Source: Jimgerdemannia flammicorona
Lineage: Eukaryota
Length of the DNA stretch: 34,031 nucleotides
Direction: 5' to 3'
NCBI GenBank assembly: GCA_003990765.1
Contig: RBNJ01000289.1
Coordinates: 1 to 34,031 of the forward strand
Shown: positions 1 through 11,609 of the stretch, piece after piece
How positions within the stretch are numbered: the stretch's first letter is position 1
Layout of the letters: every line of letters starts with the position of its first letter
Position numbers and translations under genes: made by a program
The notes under the pieces: model-generated
What the model was told of the DNA's origin: nothing
The model's input: the letters and a program-made list of their open reading frames with translations, nothing else
Database searches by the model: none

Positions 1-336
1 ATCGCTCGTACTCTACCACCTGAGTACAAGTGATATGAACCACAGCCACTAGCTTACTACAACCCTGCAACTCATAGTGCTATAACCTATAGAAGGTATG
101 CAGATAGCGAATCTGATGAAAGTGAAGATGATGCACCCCTCCTTCACCCACCAACACCTTATCTAGCATATAAGACAGATGATGCTATCCTGTGGAATGG
201 TGATGAAGTCCCAATGTATTACTATCTTAGCAAATAAGAAAAATTAATCTACAAACAACTCTTTTTAAATGACTACTTCATTAGAGATGATGTCATCGAT
301 GGTGATATCATCGAAGACTACCCAGATAGTATCTAA
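1..336 (+). pseudogene. 3' part of the LTR-embedded 365-aa ORF (decayed copy in LTR X)
   Basis: Translates to ...PPEYK*YEPQPLAYYNPATHSA...DYFIRDDVIDGDIIEDYPDSI*, matching the C-terminus of 27490-28587. Confidence 0.85.
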
Positions 337-456
337 ATCTATAGATAGCTTAGCAGTTATAGTATAGTTATATTAGTCTTATATGATATGACTGTGAACT
401 GACTTAGTAGTTAGATGATCTCTTGATATGTCAAATCACACTTATACTATGTGACT

Positions 457-461
457 GTATT
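457..461 (+). repeat. Left 5-bp target-site duplication GTATT of element A
   Basis: GTATT immediately precedes TGTAAG at 462 and follows CTTACA at 11044-11048. Confidence 0.93.
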
Positions 462-542
462 TGTAAGCTCACAACCTCCAAGCTACTGAAATTACATGCG
501 ACCTCTGAACAAATCTGGAAATCACCTGCTTGATCACAAAGC

Positions 543-648
543 TGAGTCAAACCAAAGTCACAGCACACAAAGCTGAGTCAATACGAAGTCACAGAACACA
601 AGATTTACACAAATGGAATCTTACCAATCAGGACCAAATGCATATATA
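543..648 (+). promoter_or_regulatory. Putative promoter of the LTR-embedded ORF: TGAGTCA x2 (543-549, 574-580), CCAAT (624-628), TATATA (643-648)
   Basis: Motifs recur at the same place in the five LTR copies carrying this region, ~70 nt upstream of the ATG; function inferred. Confidence 0.55.
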
Positions 649-717
649 CCGAGCACTGAGATGCGTCGAATCAGAGAACCAAAACAAACAACAACCATAA
701 CTTCCAAACACACAAAT

Positions 718-1815
718 ATGACCACTGAGATCTACAACCATATCTGCGCTGACATTTGGAATGCCATTGTCAACTGAGCCACACCCCCTCTGCCCCTCAT
801 GAATATCCATAGCCTGGCACCCCTCTACTTTGTAGAAGCCCGATGGAATGCTCTAAACATGCTTAGCAAGGCCCACTGAATCAGACAAATCTCAAGCTAC
901 TACCAGATCGGTCGCCTCCTGGAAGACATGGTTGAACACCACCATAATATAGACATTACCCAGATGTCTTAACACCAGAAGCTCATCAACCGCAAACATC
1001 GAGAACTCTGCTATGAGCACAACACCTTTATTCCCTGCCTCCGAGTCACTACCAGCGAAATGGTTGCTACCCTGTCCTATGGCCAAATCGATGACATGAT
1101 ACAAGAACTCCACCACAAGTACCTTGAATACATCCAGACCACAGACAGAACCTTCCCACACCCTGATGATCATATTCTGCAAATGCCTCAAGTCGGATAT
1201 GCCATAAAGGATGTCTACAATATAATCTACTTCAACGAAGATGAAGTAGAAGACAATGATCCCTCTGACGCCGACATGACCTCTAGCCAAGGATCTCTGC
1301 CAACTCTAATCATACTGCCAAACTTGCCGATGAACTTGCAACAGTTCATAACTGCATACGAGACTTATTGGGACAATGACCACTAGCACGAATACCAACC
1401 CATGTTCACCTCCGATTACTTTAATTACAATGAAGAGACCAGAGAACACAACCTGTACCTCCAGACAACCCTCGAGATCGAACCAATAACCCCACCACCT
1501 GAGTACGAGCGACATGAACCACAGCCGCCAGCTTACTACAACCCCGTAACTCATAGTGCTGTAACTTATAGAAGGTACGCAGATAGCAAATCCGATGAAA
1601 GTGAAAACAATACACCCATCCTTTGCCCACCAACACCTTACCCAGCATACAAGACAGATGATGCTATCCTGTAGGATGGAGACGAAGTCCCAATGTACTA
1701 TTACCTCAGTGAACAAAGAGAAGTAATCCATGTACCACTCTTCCTAGATGACTACTTCATCAGAGATGATGCAATCGATGGTGATGTCATCGAAGACTAC
1801 CCAGACAGCACCTAA
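718..1815 (+). pseudogene. LTR-embedded ORF (365 codons), copy with premature stops
   Basis: ATG 718 to TAA 1815, 1098 nt, same length as the intact copy; track ORFs 1060-1386 and 1402-1674 are fragments. Confidence 0.9.
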
Positions 1816-1878
1816 ACCCATAAATAGCCTAGCAGTCATAGTATAGTTAGATTAGCCTTGTACAACGTGACTGTGAAC

Positions 1879-2012
1879 TGACTCAGCAGTCAGATGATCT
1901 CTTGACATATCAGATCACACTTGTACTATATGACTGCATTCTGACTCAGCAAGGCACTTAGTACTACATCCATATTCAGCATAGTCCAGATAGCCCCTCA
2001 CTAGTATAAATA
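1879..2012 (+). promoter_or_regulatory. Putative LTR genomic-RNA promoter: TGACTCA x2 (1879-1885, 1942-1948) and TATAAATA (2005-2012)
   Basis: ctagTATAAATA is invariant in all LTR copies including variant C; AP-1/Gcn4-type sites lie upstream. Confidence 0.65.
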
Positions 2013-2128
2013 CCCCCTCCCCAGACCTCAGAATCTCAGACTTGAACAATCCGAATACAACTCCTGAGCACTTCCCCATAATATTCCTTTACACAACTAC
2101 TCCTAATATGGCAATATCATGAATAGCA

Positions 2129-2134
2129 AATAAA
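2129..2134 (+). terminator. Putative polyadenylation signal AATAAA of the LTR
   Basis: Conserved in all copies ~120 nt downstream of the TATA box. Confidence 0.5.
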
Positions 2135-2495
2135 CCTATTCCATAACCCACAAACCACTCTTAAGTAAATCCACTCTCTGTTAGGTCCCACTCCTAACCC
2201 CATCACGAAATTTCCTAATTGGGTATTATCTGCAGCGATACACCAATTCAACTAAGCTGGCCTTAGTTTCTCGAACTTCCTGAAATATGGAAAATCCTGA
2301 ACATCCAGAACTAGTCTGGGAAAGGACTTTGGTTGAGATGTCAACCCAATCTTGAAATCAATAAGCATAGAGGACATACTCCATATGAAATTGATCTTGA
2401 CCATAAGAAAACGGTCTTCCAGAATATCCAGAACTTCCAGAAAACCCTTCCAGAACTACATAATGGTTACTCTAAAAAGCAACCCTCTTACAACT

Positions 2496-2507
2496 TGGTA
2501 GCAGCAG
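2496..2507 (+). other. Primer-binding site TGGTAGCAGCAG (inferred consensus TGGTAGCAGCGG), initiator tRNA-Met type
   Basis: 3 nt after the LTR end; TGG-T-AGC is complementary to a CCA end with the A1:U72 pair of eukaryotic initiator tRNA; homologues at 12247, 15415 and 20738. Confidence 0.75.
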
Positions 2508-4517
2508 TTTACAATCCAATTCTGCTTCAAGACACTTCCTCACCCCACTACAAACCCCTCTGTGAATTCCTACAAGTTGGTATAAAGCCCAACCTCTGAA
2601 CTGGAATTTATCCGAACCATCTGACAATCTGGAGAGAATTGAACCTGACGTACAAGGACAATTTGACCTCCACACCTGCAACAAGTGGGATAAACTTCAT
2701 TCAAAGAAAGAAGTACTCAGATTAAACCAGCAAATAGGTGAAACCCTATTCATCAAACTCCTTATACTACACCTAGCAAGTCAAGACAAAGAAGGTCTTA
2801 TTGAAGCCTTCTTTACCCTTCTCAACAAGAGTTTTGTCAGCTCCACAAATCCGAGCGACCTAGGACAACCAGCAGCAGTCTTTCTAGCCTTAGTTCCTCA
2901 TGAAGCCCAAGCCTCTATAGCCAAGTGGCTCAACTCTACCGACTTTCACCGCACCAGGACCAAGACTGCCTTATACTACTGATTCCAGAACAGCAAGGCC
3001 TGCCATATCCTTAAAGAAGAAGCAAGAGAAACCCTTCATCAACTACCTGACCCCAAACCTGAAGCAGGCCCTGCTATAGCCCTACCTGAATCCGAAACCA
3101 ATATCGAACCTGAACTTGACTTTGAATTAAGTCCATCTGAAATCAGATATACAACTGATTCTGTCTACTTTGACGCTGAGCAAACCCAATTACACGGGGA
3201 CCAAACCGAAGAAGAAGAGGAGTATCTCACCGAATTCGATCCTGAATACACCACTGAAGGAGACACACACCCATCAGGACAGAATACACCTACACAGCAA
3301 CAAACAGCTATCTATCAAGCCCTCACTCCAGACCCACAACTACTACTCCAGCAGCTTACACAGACTCAAAGAACTCCATCACACTCTGCACCAGTACCTC
3401 AAGTAGTACTAGTAACACCACTACCAGCAGTCCAACCACCTCTAGCAATCAACATGGCGAACCAACAGATTCTTGATCTCACAGCCCAAGTAGCTATAAT
3501 GGCAGCAACTATCACTGCCTTAGCTGAACAGACCCGACCTACCAAAAATCTGAGCCTACCTACCTTCAATGGTACTGCACAAGAAGTCCAAAGCTTCATT
3601 AGTATAGTTGATACCAACTTTGAAGCCAATCAATGGACCAATGAGCGAGTTGCTGACTGCATTCTGATAAACAATCAAGACCACACCCTGGAACAACTCT
3701 TTGCTACCACTACAGCCTATATCCACCAAGTTGTTACATTCTTCTGAGGACCTGCCAAAGAATGGTAGCGAACTCTTCCTGAAAAACCCCTCACATGGGA
3801 TATCCGACCTTCAGTAGTTGCTCAGAATGCAGCAAACAATGCCCCAGGATATGGAGCCCATCCTGCAGCCCCTGGACTCAAACAACTCATGATTGCTCAA
3901 TATTGCAGTGAGACCATGATTGCTGAATCTCGAGTAAAACTCCGCAACCTCAAATTTGATGTACATGGCAAAGAAGAATTCGAAACCTTCTGTACAAAAC
4001 TCGAGTCACTCCTGAACACTGTTGGCCTAGGATATATTACCAATGATGAAGCATGAAATGGTACAAGAGCAGACCATCTATTTGATGCCCTGCCTGAATG
4101 GCTTACTAGAAAATCCGAGAACAAGGCCACTCAGTTGGTTGTGATCACTAACAATGGTGCCTGGCAAGAATCAAGACTATGGTCAAGCGAATCCTAACAG
4201 CTGGACCAATTCTGCCCCGAAGGCAATTCAACAACAAGGAAAAGACTTGGACTAAGAAAGAAGAACCCAAGCATGAAGCATCCCGAGCTCCCTCCACATC
4301 CACCTCTTGGACACCCAGAAATCCTGAACCCACCTAGCCCAGTACCTTCAAGAAACTTACTGAAGGCAAAAGTAATAAACTTCAAAGAAGCGGAGCATGC
4401 TTCTATTGCCGAAAGACAGGACACATGGCCAGAGCCTGCCCCAACCGGAAACCCTGAACAGCAATACGAGCAACTGTTACCACTCTTCACCACCTCAACA
4501 ACCTGACCACCAGAACA

Positions 4518-4925
4518 CTGGACTTTGTCAAGTTAAGACAAACTGCTAAGGCCCCAACCAAAGGAAGTCAAAAAGCAGCTGGATATGACCTGTATATAGC
4601 CGAAGAAGCTACAGTTTTCAACCGAGAAGTCAAACAAGTCTATATAGGAATCAGTATCCAAATCCTTGAAGGACATATTGGAAGAATATGCTGTTGCAGT
4701 GGCCTAGCGCTAAAAGAACTCTCAGTAGAAGGAGGAGTCATTAATGAAGATTACACAGGTGAAATCATTATCCTCATTCGAAACCACAGTTGGATACTCT
4801 TCAAGATCTCTATTGGCTTCTGCATTGCCCAGATCCTATTTGAAAAAATCGAGTCAACCCTGACAGTCAAGGAAGTCCCTGAACTACTACCCACCATCCG
4901 AGGATCCAAAGGATTTGGCTTATCA
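4518..4925 (+). pseudogene. dut: dUTPase domain between nucleocapsid and protease (copy A)
   Basis: LDFVKLRQTAKAPTKGSQKAAGYDL...GRICCCSGLA...GGVINEDYTGEI...IAQILF...RGSKGFG: all five trimeric dUTPase motifs recognisable. Confidence 0.93.
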
Positions 4926-7900
4926 AACAAAGCCCCAGCCCAACCTATCATGAGCAAAGAAGAACAATTCTATAAGAAGATCGAAGATGGATATGTACCA
5001 AGTGGCCGATGCCCTCATGGTATTGGAATGTACTCTTCCCGAATGATTGATGATTGCTTCTCTTGTGTCAACGAACTGGCTCAAAGAAGAACCAATAGGA
5101 GAAAGGCTCCTATAACTAAAATCACTACAATTGGATCAGACAAACTGCTCACTCTTAAAGCTTTTGTCAATGGAGCACCTGTCAAGATTATGGTAGACAG
5201 TAGTGCCTCAGGTAACTTCATCAATGAAGAGACAGCCAACAGACTCAAGGTCTTCACCTCCCCAGTACAGCAAACTCAAGCAGTTGCTACAGCTGATGGA
5301 ACCTCACATGTTATTAGCAAAGAAGTCCGCAATCTACCCTTTCGAATTGGCAACTACCGAGTACATGTTACCCTCCAAATTGTACCACTTCCTGACAATG
5401 AAATCATCCTTGGGACTCTATGGTTAAAACAAGAGAACCCCATAATCGATTGGGTAAACCATTCTCTGACCATCAAGAAAGGACGCCACAACTTCAAACT
5501 ACAAGACGAAAAGGACTCACTCAACTCTAGTGAACCTGGACCAAAGATCACCCACATCAACAAGCTACAACTCAAGAAATTGGCCAAGAAATGCCCTCTC
5601 TTTGCCATCTCCATCCGACCATCCAAAGGAGAACCCAAGAACTCTGAAGAGGATTTTTCCAAAGTTGACAGCTGTGTCAGACCACTACTCCAGAAATTCT
5701 GAGACATATTCCCAAAGAAGCTCCCGAAAGGCCTACCTCCCAAACGAGTAGTAGACCATGCAATCAAGACTATCCCAGATGCCAAACCAGTCTTCAAGTC
5801 AATCTACCACATGTCTCTGAGAGAAATTGATGCACTCAAGAAGGAAATCAACGAACTCCTAGAACAAGGATTCATCAGACCCAGTGTATCACCCTATGGT
5901 GCACCAGTCCTCTTCATTGTCAAGAAAGGAGGAGACCTACGAATGTGCATTGACTACCGCGATCTCAATGAGCAGACCATCAAGAACTGTTGCCCACTAC
6001 CGAGGATTGATGAAATATTTGATAGGCTCACCAACCCACAATTCATGAGCTCCTTTGACCTGCAAAATGGTTACTGGCAAATTACCATGAAAGAAGAAGA
6101 CATCTACAAGACAGCTTTCCGAACACGCTATGGACACTTTGAGTTCCTGGTTATGCCCTTTGGCTTAACTAATGCTCCAGCAACCTTCCAGACACTGATG
6201 AATACCATTCTGCATCTATACCTGGACAAATTCGTTGTTGTCTATATTGACGATATCCTAGTCTTCAGCAAAACCCTGGAGGAACATCTTGAACACCTTG
6301 AACTAGTACTACTGAAACTCTGAGAAAACAGACTCTTTGCAAAACTCAGCAAGTGCGAATTTCTCCTGAAAGAAATTCAATTCCTTGGACACATTGTAAC
6401 ACCAAATGGAATCAAAGTGGACTCCAGCAAAATCTCTACAATCAAAGATTGGCCCACACCCAAGAAGCTGAAAGACCTTCAGTCATTCCTGGGATTAGCA
6501 AACTATTACAGGCGATTTGTTGCCAACTTTGCTAAAATCACTACCACCCTCACCCAAATGACCAAGTACAGCAAGAAACAAGAACAACCCTGGACCATGA
6601 AACAAGAGAAAGACTTCAACAATCTTGTAAATTGGGGACACGAACAAGATACCACCTTTCAAGCACTGAAAGATGCCCTGATAACCACTCCAGTACTTCA
6701 AGCTGCAAACCCTGTCCTACCATATGAAGTCACTACTAATGCCTCTGACCTAGCTCTTGGAGCAGTGCTTATGCAAGAAGGACACCCTGTGGCCTATCAC
6801 TCCCACAAGTTCAATGATGCCGAAATTAACTACGCAACTCATAAGAAGGAAATGCTAGCCATTATAGACACTCTAATCAAATGGCAACCATATCTAGAAG
6901 GAGCACACTTCACTGTATTGACTGACCACAAGTCATTAGTCAACATCAAGACACAGGCTACCCTTTCTTGAAAGCAAGCCAGATGGATGAAAGTCCTCAC
7001 CAACTTTGACTACGAAATCCAGTACCACCCTGGCAAGGAAAATATTGTTGCTGATGCAATCTCCAGACCACTAATCGAAGAAGTTATCCAAACTCTGACC
7101 TTGGTTATCAACACTATCATGGAACAAATCATTGTAGCATGTGTTGATGATAAAGAAGCTCAAGCACTCCGAGAAATCCTGAACAATGATTATGCTCACA
7201 AGCATACCCGGTACAATCAATACCAACTCAAGGATAATGCTATCTACTACAAGGACAGACTGTATGTCCCAAACAACCGAGACCTCCAAAGGACTATCCT
7301 ATTTAAATGTCATGATGCCCCTATAGCTGGACATTTAGGATTTGATAAATGTTACAAAGTTATCTCCCAAAACTTCTATTGGCCCCACATGGCAGATCAG
7401 CTCAAAACCTACATTACTTCCTGTGATGCCTGCCAATGAAACAAGTCCTCAACACTAGCAAAATCTGGCTTACTCCACCCCATTCCAGTACCATCCACAA
7501 ATTGGGAACAAATCTCTATGGACTTCATTGTACAACTACCCCGAACCAAGAATGGGAAAGATGCAATTGTTGTCTTTGTAGACTACCTCAGCAAACAAGC
7601 CCACTTTGTGCCTACTACTACTACTGCAACAGCATCAGACATAGCCATACTCTTGTTTGACAACATCTTCTGCTATCATGGTCTTCCTAAGATCATTGTT
7701 AGTGACCAAGATCCAAAATTCACTAGCCATTTTTGGAAAGCCCTCCATATACACCTTGGAACGAAACTTGCACTATCCACAGCCTTTCACCCTAAAACTG
7801 ATGGCCAAACCAAAAGAATGAACCAAACTCTAGAACAAATGCTAAGGAACTATGTCTCCTACAGACAAGATGATTGGCATGAACATCTCACCGCAGTCAA

Positions 7901-8417
7901 GTTTGTCTATAACAACAGCAAGCAAGCCTCTCTTGGAATGACCCCATTCTTCACTAATACTGGACAAAATTCAAACACCCCTTTGACACTTATCTGAACT
8001 ACTGAAGAATCCTCCACAGTCGAAGCTGTTGAAGAATTCTTACTCCGAATGTGCAATCTAAGCCAGATCGCAATTGAGAATTTATCACGAGCTCCAGAAC
8101 AACAGTCACAGTATATTAACCAACACCGCCGAGAAGAAACTTTTGATATTGGAGAAAAAGTCCTACTAGACATCAGAGGATACCGAGTTGACAACCTCAA
8201 GCACAGACCATCCACAAAGCTGAACAGTAAGTTCATTGGACCATTTGAAGTCATTTTACAAGTCTCTCCAACCTCCTACAAACTGGCGCTACTGGATACC
8301 ATTAAGATTCACCTAGTCTTTAATATTCAATGTCTCAAGTGATACAATGACAATGATGATGAGCTATTTCCAAACTGGACCACCAAACCACCTGCACCTG
8401 TCATCATTAATAACCAA

Positions 8418-8585
8418 GAAGAGTATGAAGTTGAACAAATCCTCAACAAATGTAGCAATAAGAACCATCCTGAGTACCTTGTTAAATGGAAAGGTTACCC
8501 GACCCATGATGCAACCTGGGAACCTAAGACCAATCTTCAGAATGCTACTGATCTAGTTCAGGAATATGATTCCTTGAACAACTAG
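8418..8585 (+). pseudogene. Integrase C-terminal chromodomain (copy A)
   Basis: EEYEVEQILNK...EYLVKWKGYPTHDATWEP, aromatic-cage type chromodomain. Confidence 0.92.
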
Positions 8586-8648
8586 AACCAAATACTCTGC
8601 ACCTATCCATACATACTATATATTACCCTCCTGAACATTATAACTATC

Positions 8649-8951
8649 ATGAACCAAGTCAAGAACTCAGCAAAATAAGACAAGAATACCGAATCCCTGG
8701 AAAAAATAGCAAAACTGAAAGCAAGCCTATTCTCCCTGTACCACTAGTGGGAAACAAGGCATAGACATTTAAGAAGATTCCTTAGAGGAAATTCTCCAGC
8801 AGTGAATGACATCAGAATCACTTCCGGTGCACAGCATTGAACACATGACCCTTTAACATGTGAATCCAACGCGTTAGGCAACTGTACTATAAGCATGCCA
8901 CTTTCTGAGAAAATGGACCTTACCAGACTTTTGACCTCCCAAATGGTGTAA
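8649..8951 (+). pseudogene. Putative ~100-aa third ORF between pol and PPT
   Basis: MNQVKNSAK*DKNTESLEKIAKLKASLFSLYH*WETRHRHLRRFLRG...; those two stops are CAA and TGG in copy D (~26880-27170). Confidence 0.55.
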
Positions 8952-8997
8952 CAACACTAGAACAAATTAGAAGGCCCTGACGAGGATGTCAAAAGCT

Positions 8998-9010
8998 AAG
9001 AAGGGGAGAG
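8998..9010 (+). other. Polypurine tract of copy A
   Basis: AAGAAGGGGAGAG, 1 nt before the 3' LTR; identical at 27218-27230. Confidence 0.92.
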
Positions 9011-9011
9011 T

Positions 9012-11043
9012 TGTAAGCGCACAACCTCCAAGCCACCGAAATTACACGCGACCTCTGAACAAATCTGGAAATCACCTGCTTGATCACGAAGCTGAGTCAA
9101 ACTGAAGTCACAGCGCACAAAGCTGAGTCAATACAAAGTTACAGAATACAAGATTTACACAAACGGAATCTTACCAATCAGGACCAAATGCATATATACC
9201 GAGTACCAAGATGTGTCGAATCAGAGAACCAAAACAAACAACAGCCACAACTTCCAAACACACAAACATGACCACTGAGATCTACAACTGTATCCATGCT
9301 GACATTTGGAATGCCATTGTCAACCAAGCCACACTCCCTCTGCCCCTCATGAATATCCATAGCCTGGCATCCCTCTACTTTGTAGAAGCCTGATGGAATG
9401 CTCTGAACATACTTAGCAAGGCCCACTGAATCGGACAAATCTCAAGCTACTACCAGATCGGCCGCCTCCTGGAAGACATGGTTGAACACCACCATGATAC
9501 AGATATTACCCAGATGTCTCAACACCAGAAGCTCATCACCCGCAAACATCGAGAACTCTTCTATGAGCACAACACCTTTATTCCCCGCCTCTGAGTCACT
9601 ACCAGCAAAATAGTTGCTACCCTGTCCTATGGCCAAATCGATGACATGATACAAGAACTCCACCACAAGTACCTCGAATACGTCCAGACCACAGACAGAA
9701 CCTTCCTGCACCCTGATGACCATATTCTGCAAATGCCTCAAGTCGGATATGCCATGAAGGATGTTTATGATATAATCCACTTTGATGAAGATGAAGTAGA
9801 AGACAATGATCCCTCTGACACCGACATGACCTCTAGCCAAGAATCTCTGCCAACCCTGATCACACCGCCAAACTTGCCGATGAACTTGCAATAGTTCATA
9901 ACTGCATACGAGACTTATTGGGACAATGACCACTAGCATGAATACCAATCCGCATTCACCCCCGATTACTTCAATTACAATGAAGAGACCAGAGAACACA
10001 ACCTGTACCTCCAGACAACCCTCGAGATCGAACCAACAACCCCACCACCTGAGTATGAGCGATATGAACCACAGCCGCCAGCTTACTACAACCCCATGAC
10101 TCATAGTGCTGTAACTTATAGAAGGTACACAGATAGCAAATCTAATGAAAGCAAAGACAATACACCCATCCTTCGCCCACTAACACCTTACCCAGCATAC
10201 GAGACAGATGATGCTATCCTGTAGAATGGAGACGAAGTTCCAATGTACTATTACCTCAGTGAACAAAGAGAAGTAATCTGCATACCACTCTTTCTAGATG
10301 ACTACTTCATCAGAGATGATGCAATCAATGGTGATGTCATCGAAGACTACCCAGACAGTGCCTAAACCCATAAATAGCCTAGCAGTCATAGTATAGTTAG
10401 ATTAGTCTTATATGATGTGACTGTGAACTGACTCAGCAGTCAGACGATCTCTTGACATGTCAGATCACACTTGTACTACGTGACTGCATTCCTACTCAGC
10501 AAGGCACTTAGTGCTATGTCCATATTTAGCATAGTCTAGATAGCCCCTCACTAGTATAAATACCCCCTCTCCCAGACCTCAGAATCTCAGACTTGAACAA
10601 TCTGAACACAACTCCTGAGCACTTCCCCACAATATTCCTTCACACAACTACTCCTAGTATAGCAATATCATGAATAGCAAATAAACCTATTCTATAACCC
10701 ACAAACCACTCTTAAGTAAATCCGCTCTCTGTTAGGTCCCACTCCTAACCCCGTCACGAAATTTCCTAATTGGGTATTGTCTGCAGCGATACACCAATTT
10801 AACTAAGCTGGCCTTAGTTTCTCAAACTTCCTGAAATCTGGAAAATCCTGAACATCCAGAACTAGTCCGGGAAAGGACTTTGGTTGAGATGTCAACCCAA
10901 TCTTGAAATCAATAAGCGTAGAGGACATACTCCATACGAAATTGATCTTGACCATAAGAAAATGGTCTTTCAGAATATCCAGAACTTCCAGAAAACCCTT
11001 CCAGAACTATATAACGGTTACTCTAAAAAGCAACCCTCTTACA
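9012..11043 (+). repeat. 3' LTR of element A (2032 bp)
   Basis: TGTAAG...CTTACA, follows the PPT, followed by TSD GTATT. Confidence 0.96.
9268..10365 (+). pseudogene. LTR-embedded ORF, copy with premature stops
   Basis: 1098 nt, MTTEIYN...DYPDSA*. Confidence 0.9.
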
Positions 11044-11609
11044 GTATTCTGACTCAGTAAGGCACTAAGTGCTACATCCATATTTAGCATAGTCCAGATA
11101 GCCCCTCACTAGTATAAATATCCCCTCCCCCAGACCTCAGAATCTTAAACTTAAAGACTTGAATAATTTGAACACAACTCCTGAATACTTCTCCACAATA
11201 TCCCTTCACACAACTACTCCTAGTATAGCAATATCATGAATAGTGAATAAACCTATTTAATAACCCACAAACCACTCTTAAGTAATTCTGCTCCCTATTA
11301 GATCCCACTACTAACCCCATCACAAAATTTCCTAATTGGGTATTGTCTGCAGTGATATGTCAATTTAACTAAGCTGGTCTTAGTTTCTTGAACTTCCTAA
11401 AATATGAAAAATCCTGAACATCCAGAACTAGTCTGAAAAAGAACTTTGGTTGAAATGTCAACCCAATCTTGAAATCAATAAGCATAGAGGACATACTCTA
11501 TATGAAATTAATCTTGACTATAAGAAAACAGTCTTCTAGAATATCTAGAACTTCCAGAAAACCCTTCTAGAACTATATAACAGTTACCCTAAAAAGCAAC
11601 CCTCTTACA
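11044..11609 (+). repeat. Right part of older LTR X (begins with the right TSD of A)
   Basis: Continues exactly where 1-461 stops; ends CTTACA with no PBS after it, so it is a 3' or solo LTR. Confidence 0.9.

Larger units (their letters stand above)
1..461 (+). repeat. Older main-family LTR ('X'), left part; begins before the window and is interrupted by element A
   Basis: Colinear with 1480-1940 of the element A LTR; resumes at 11044 (gtattctgactcag...). Confidence 0.9.
462..2492 (+). repeat. 5' LTR of element A (2031 bp)
   Basis: Starts TGTAAG, ends CTTACA (6-bp inverted termini); direct repeat of 9012-11043. Confidence 0.96.
3454..8585 (+). pseudogene. gag-pol: gag-dUTPase-pol polyprotein of copy A (single ancestral frame; many stops; 1-nt deletion near 4110)
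   Basis: Capsid-like LPTFNG...; CFYCRKTGHMARAC knuckle 4398-4439; [24 protein letters not shown]...YIDD; RNase H TNASDLALGAVL...KEMLA; IN H-H-C-C, MDFI, SDQDPKF, GPF; chromodomain. Confidence 0.96.
462..11043 (+). mobile_element. Full-length Ty3/Gypsy chromovirus LTR retrotransposon, copy A (decayed)
   Basis: Two ~2.03-kb LTRs, perfect TSD, PBS, PPT, domain order gag-dUT-PR-RT-RH-IN-CHD. Confidence 0.97.

Noticed and set aside
540..600. Short direct repeats (aagctgagtcaa x2) resembling a CRISPR-like array
   Set aside because: Only two units inside an LTR promoter region; no spacers or cas genes, and the context is eukaryotic.
661..717. Upstream in-frame ATG extending the LTR ORF by 19 aa
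   Set aside because: Out of frame in both D LTRs and only ~12 nt from the TATA-like box.
4100..4120. Possible programmed frameshift within gag
   Set aside because: Copy D is in frame here (agaaaaatc), so A has a private 1-nt deletion.
5700..5702. TGA shared by A and D, suggesting readthrough or an alternative genetic code
   Set aside because: Falls at an expected Arg (KF-R-DIFP); other sites show CGA in one copy and TGA in the other, so CpG decay is sufficient.
9442..10104. Recurrent minus-strand ORFs across the LTR (also 892-1290, 1306-1731, 18544-18942)
   Set aside because: Codon-aligned shadows of the sense ORF, explained by scarce TCA/TTA/CTA codons; starts are inconsistent between copies and no promoter is evident.
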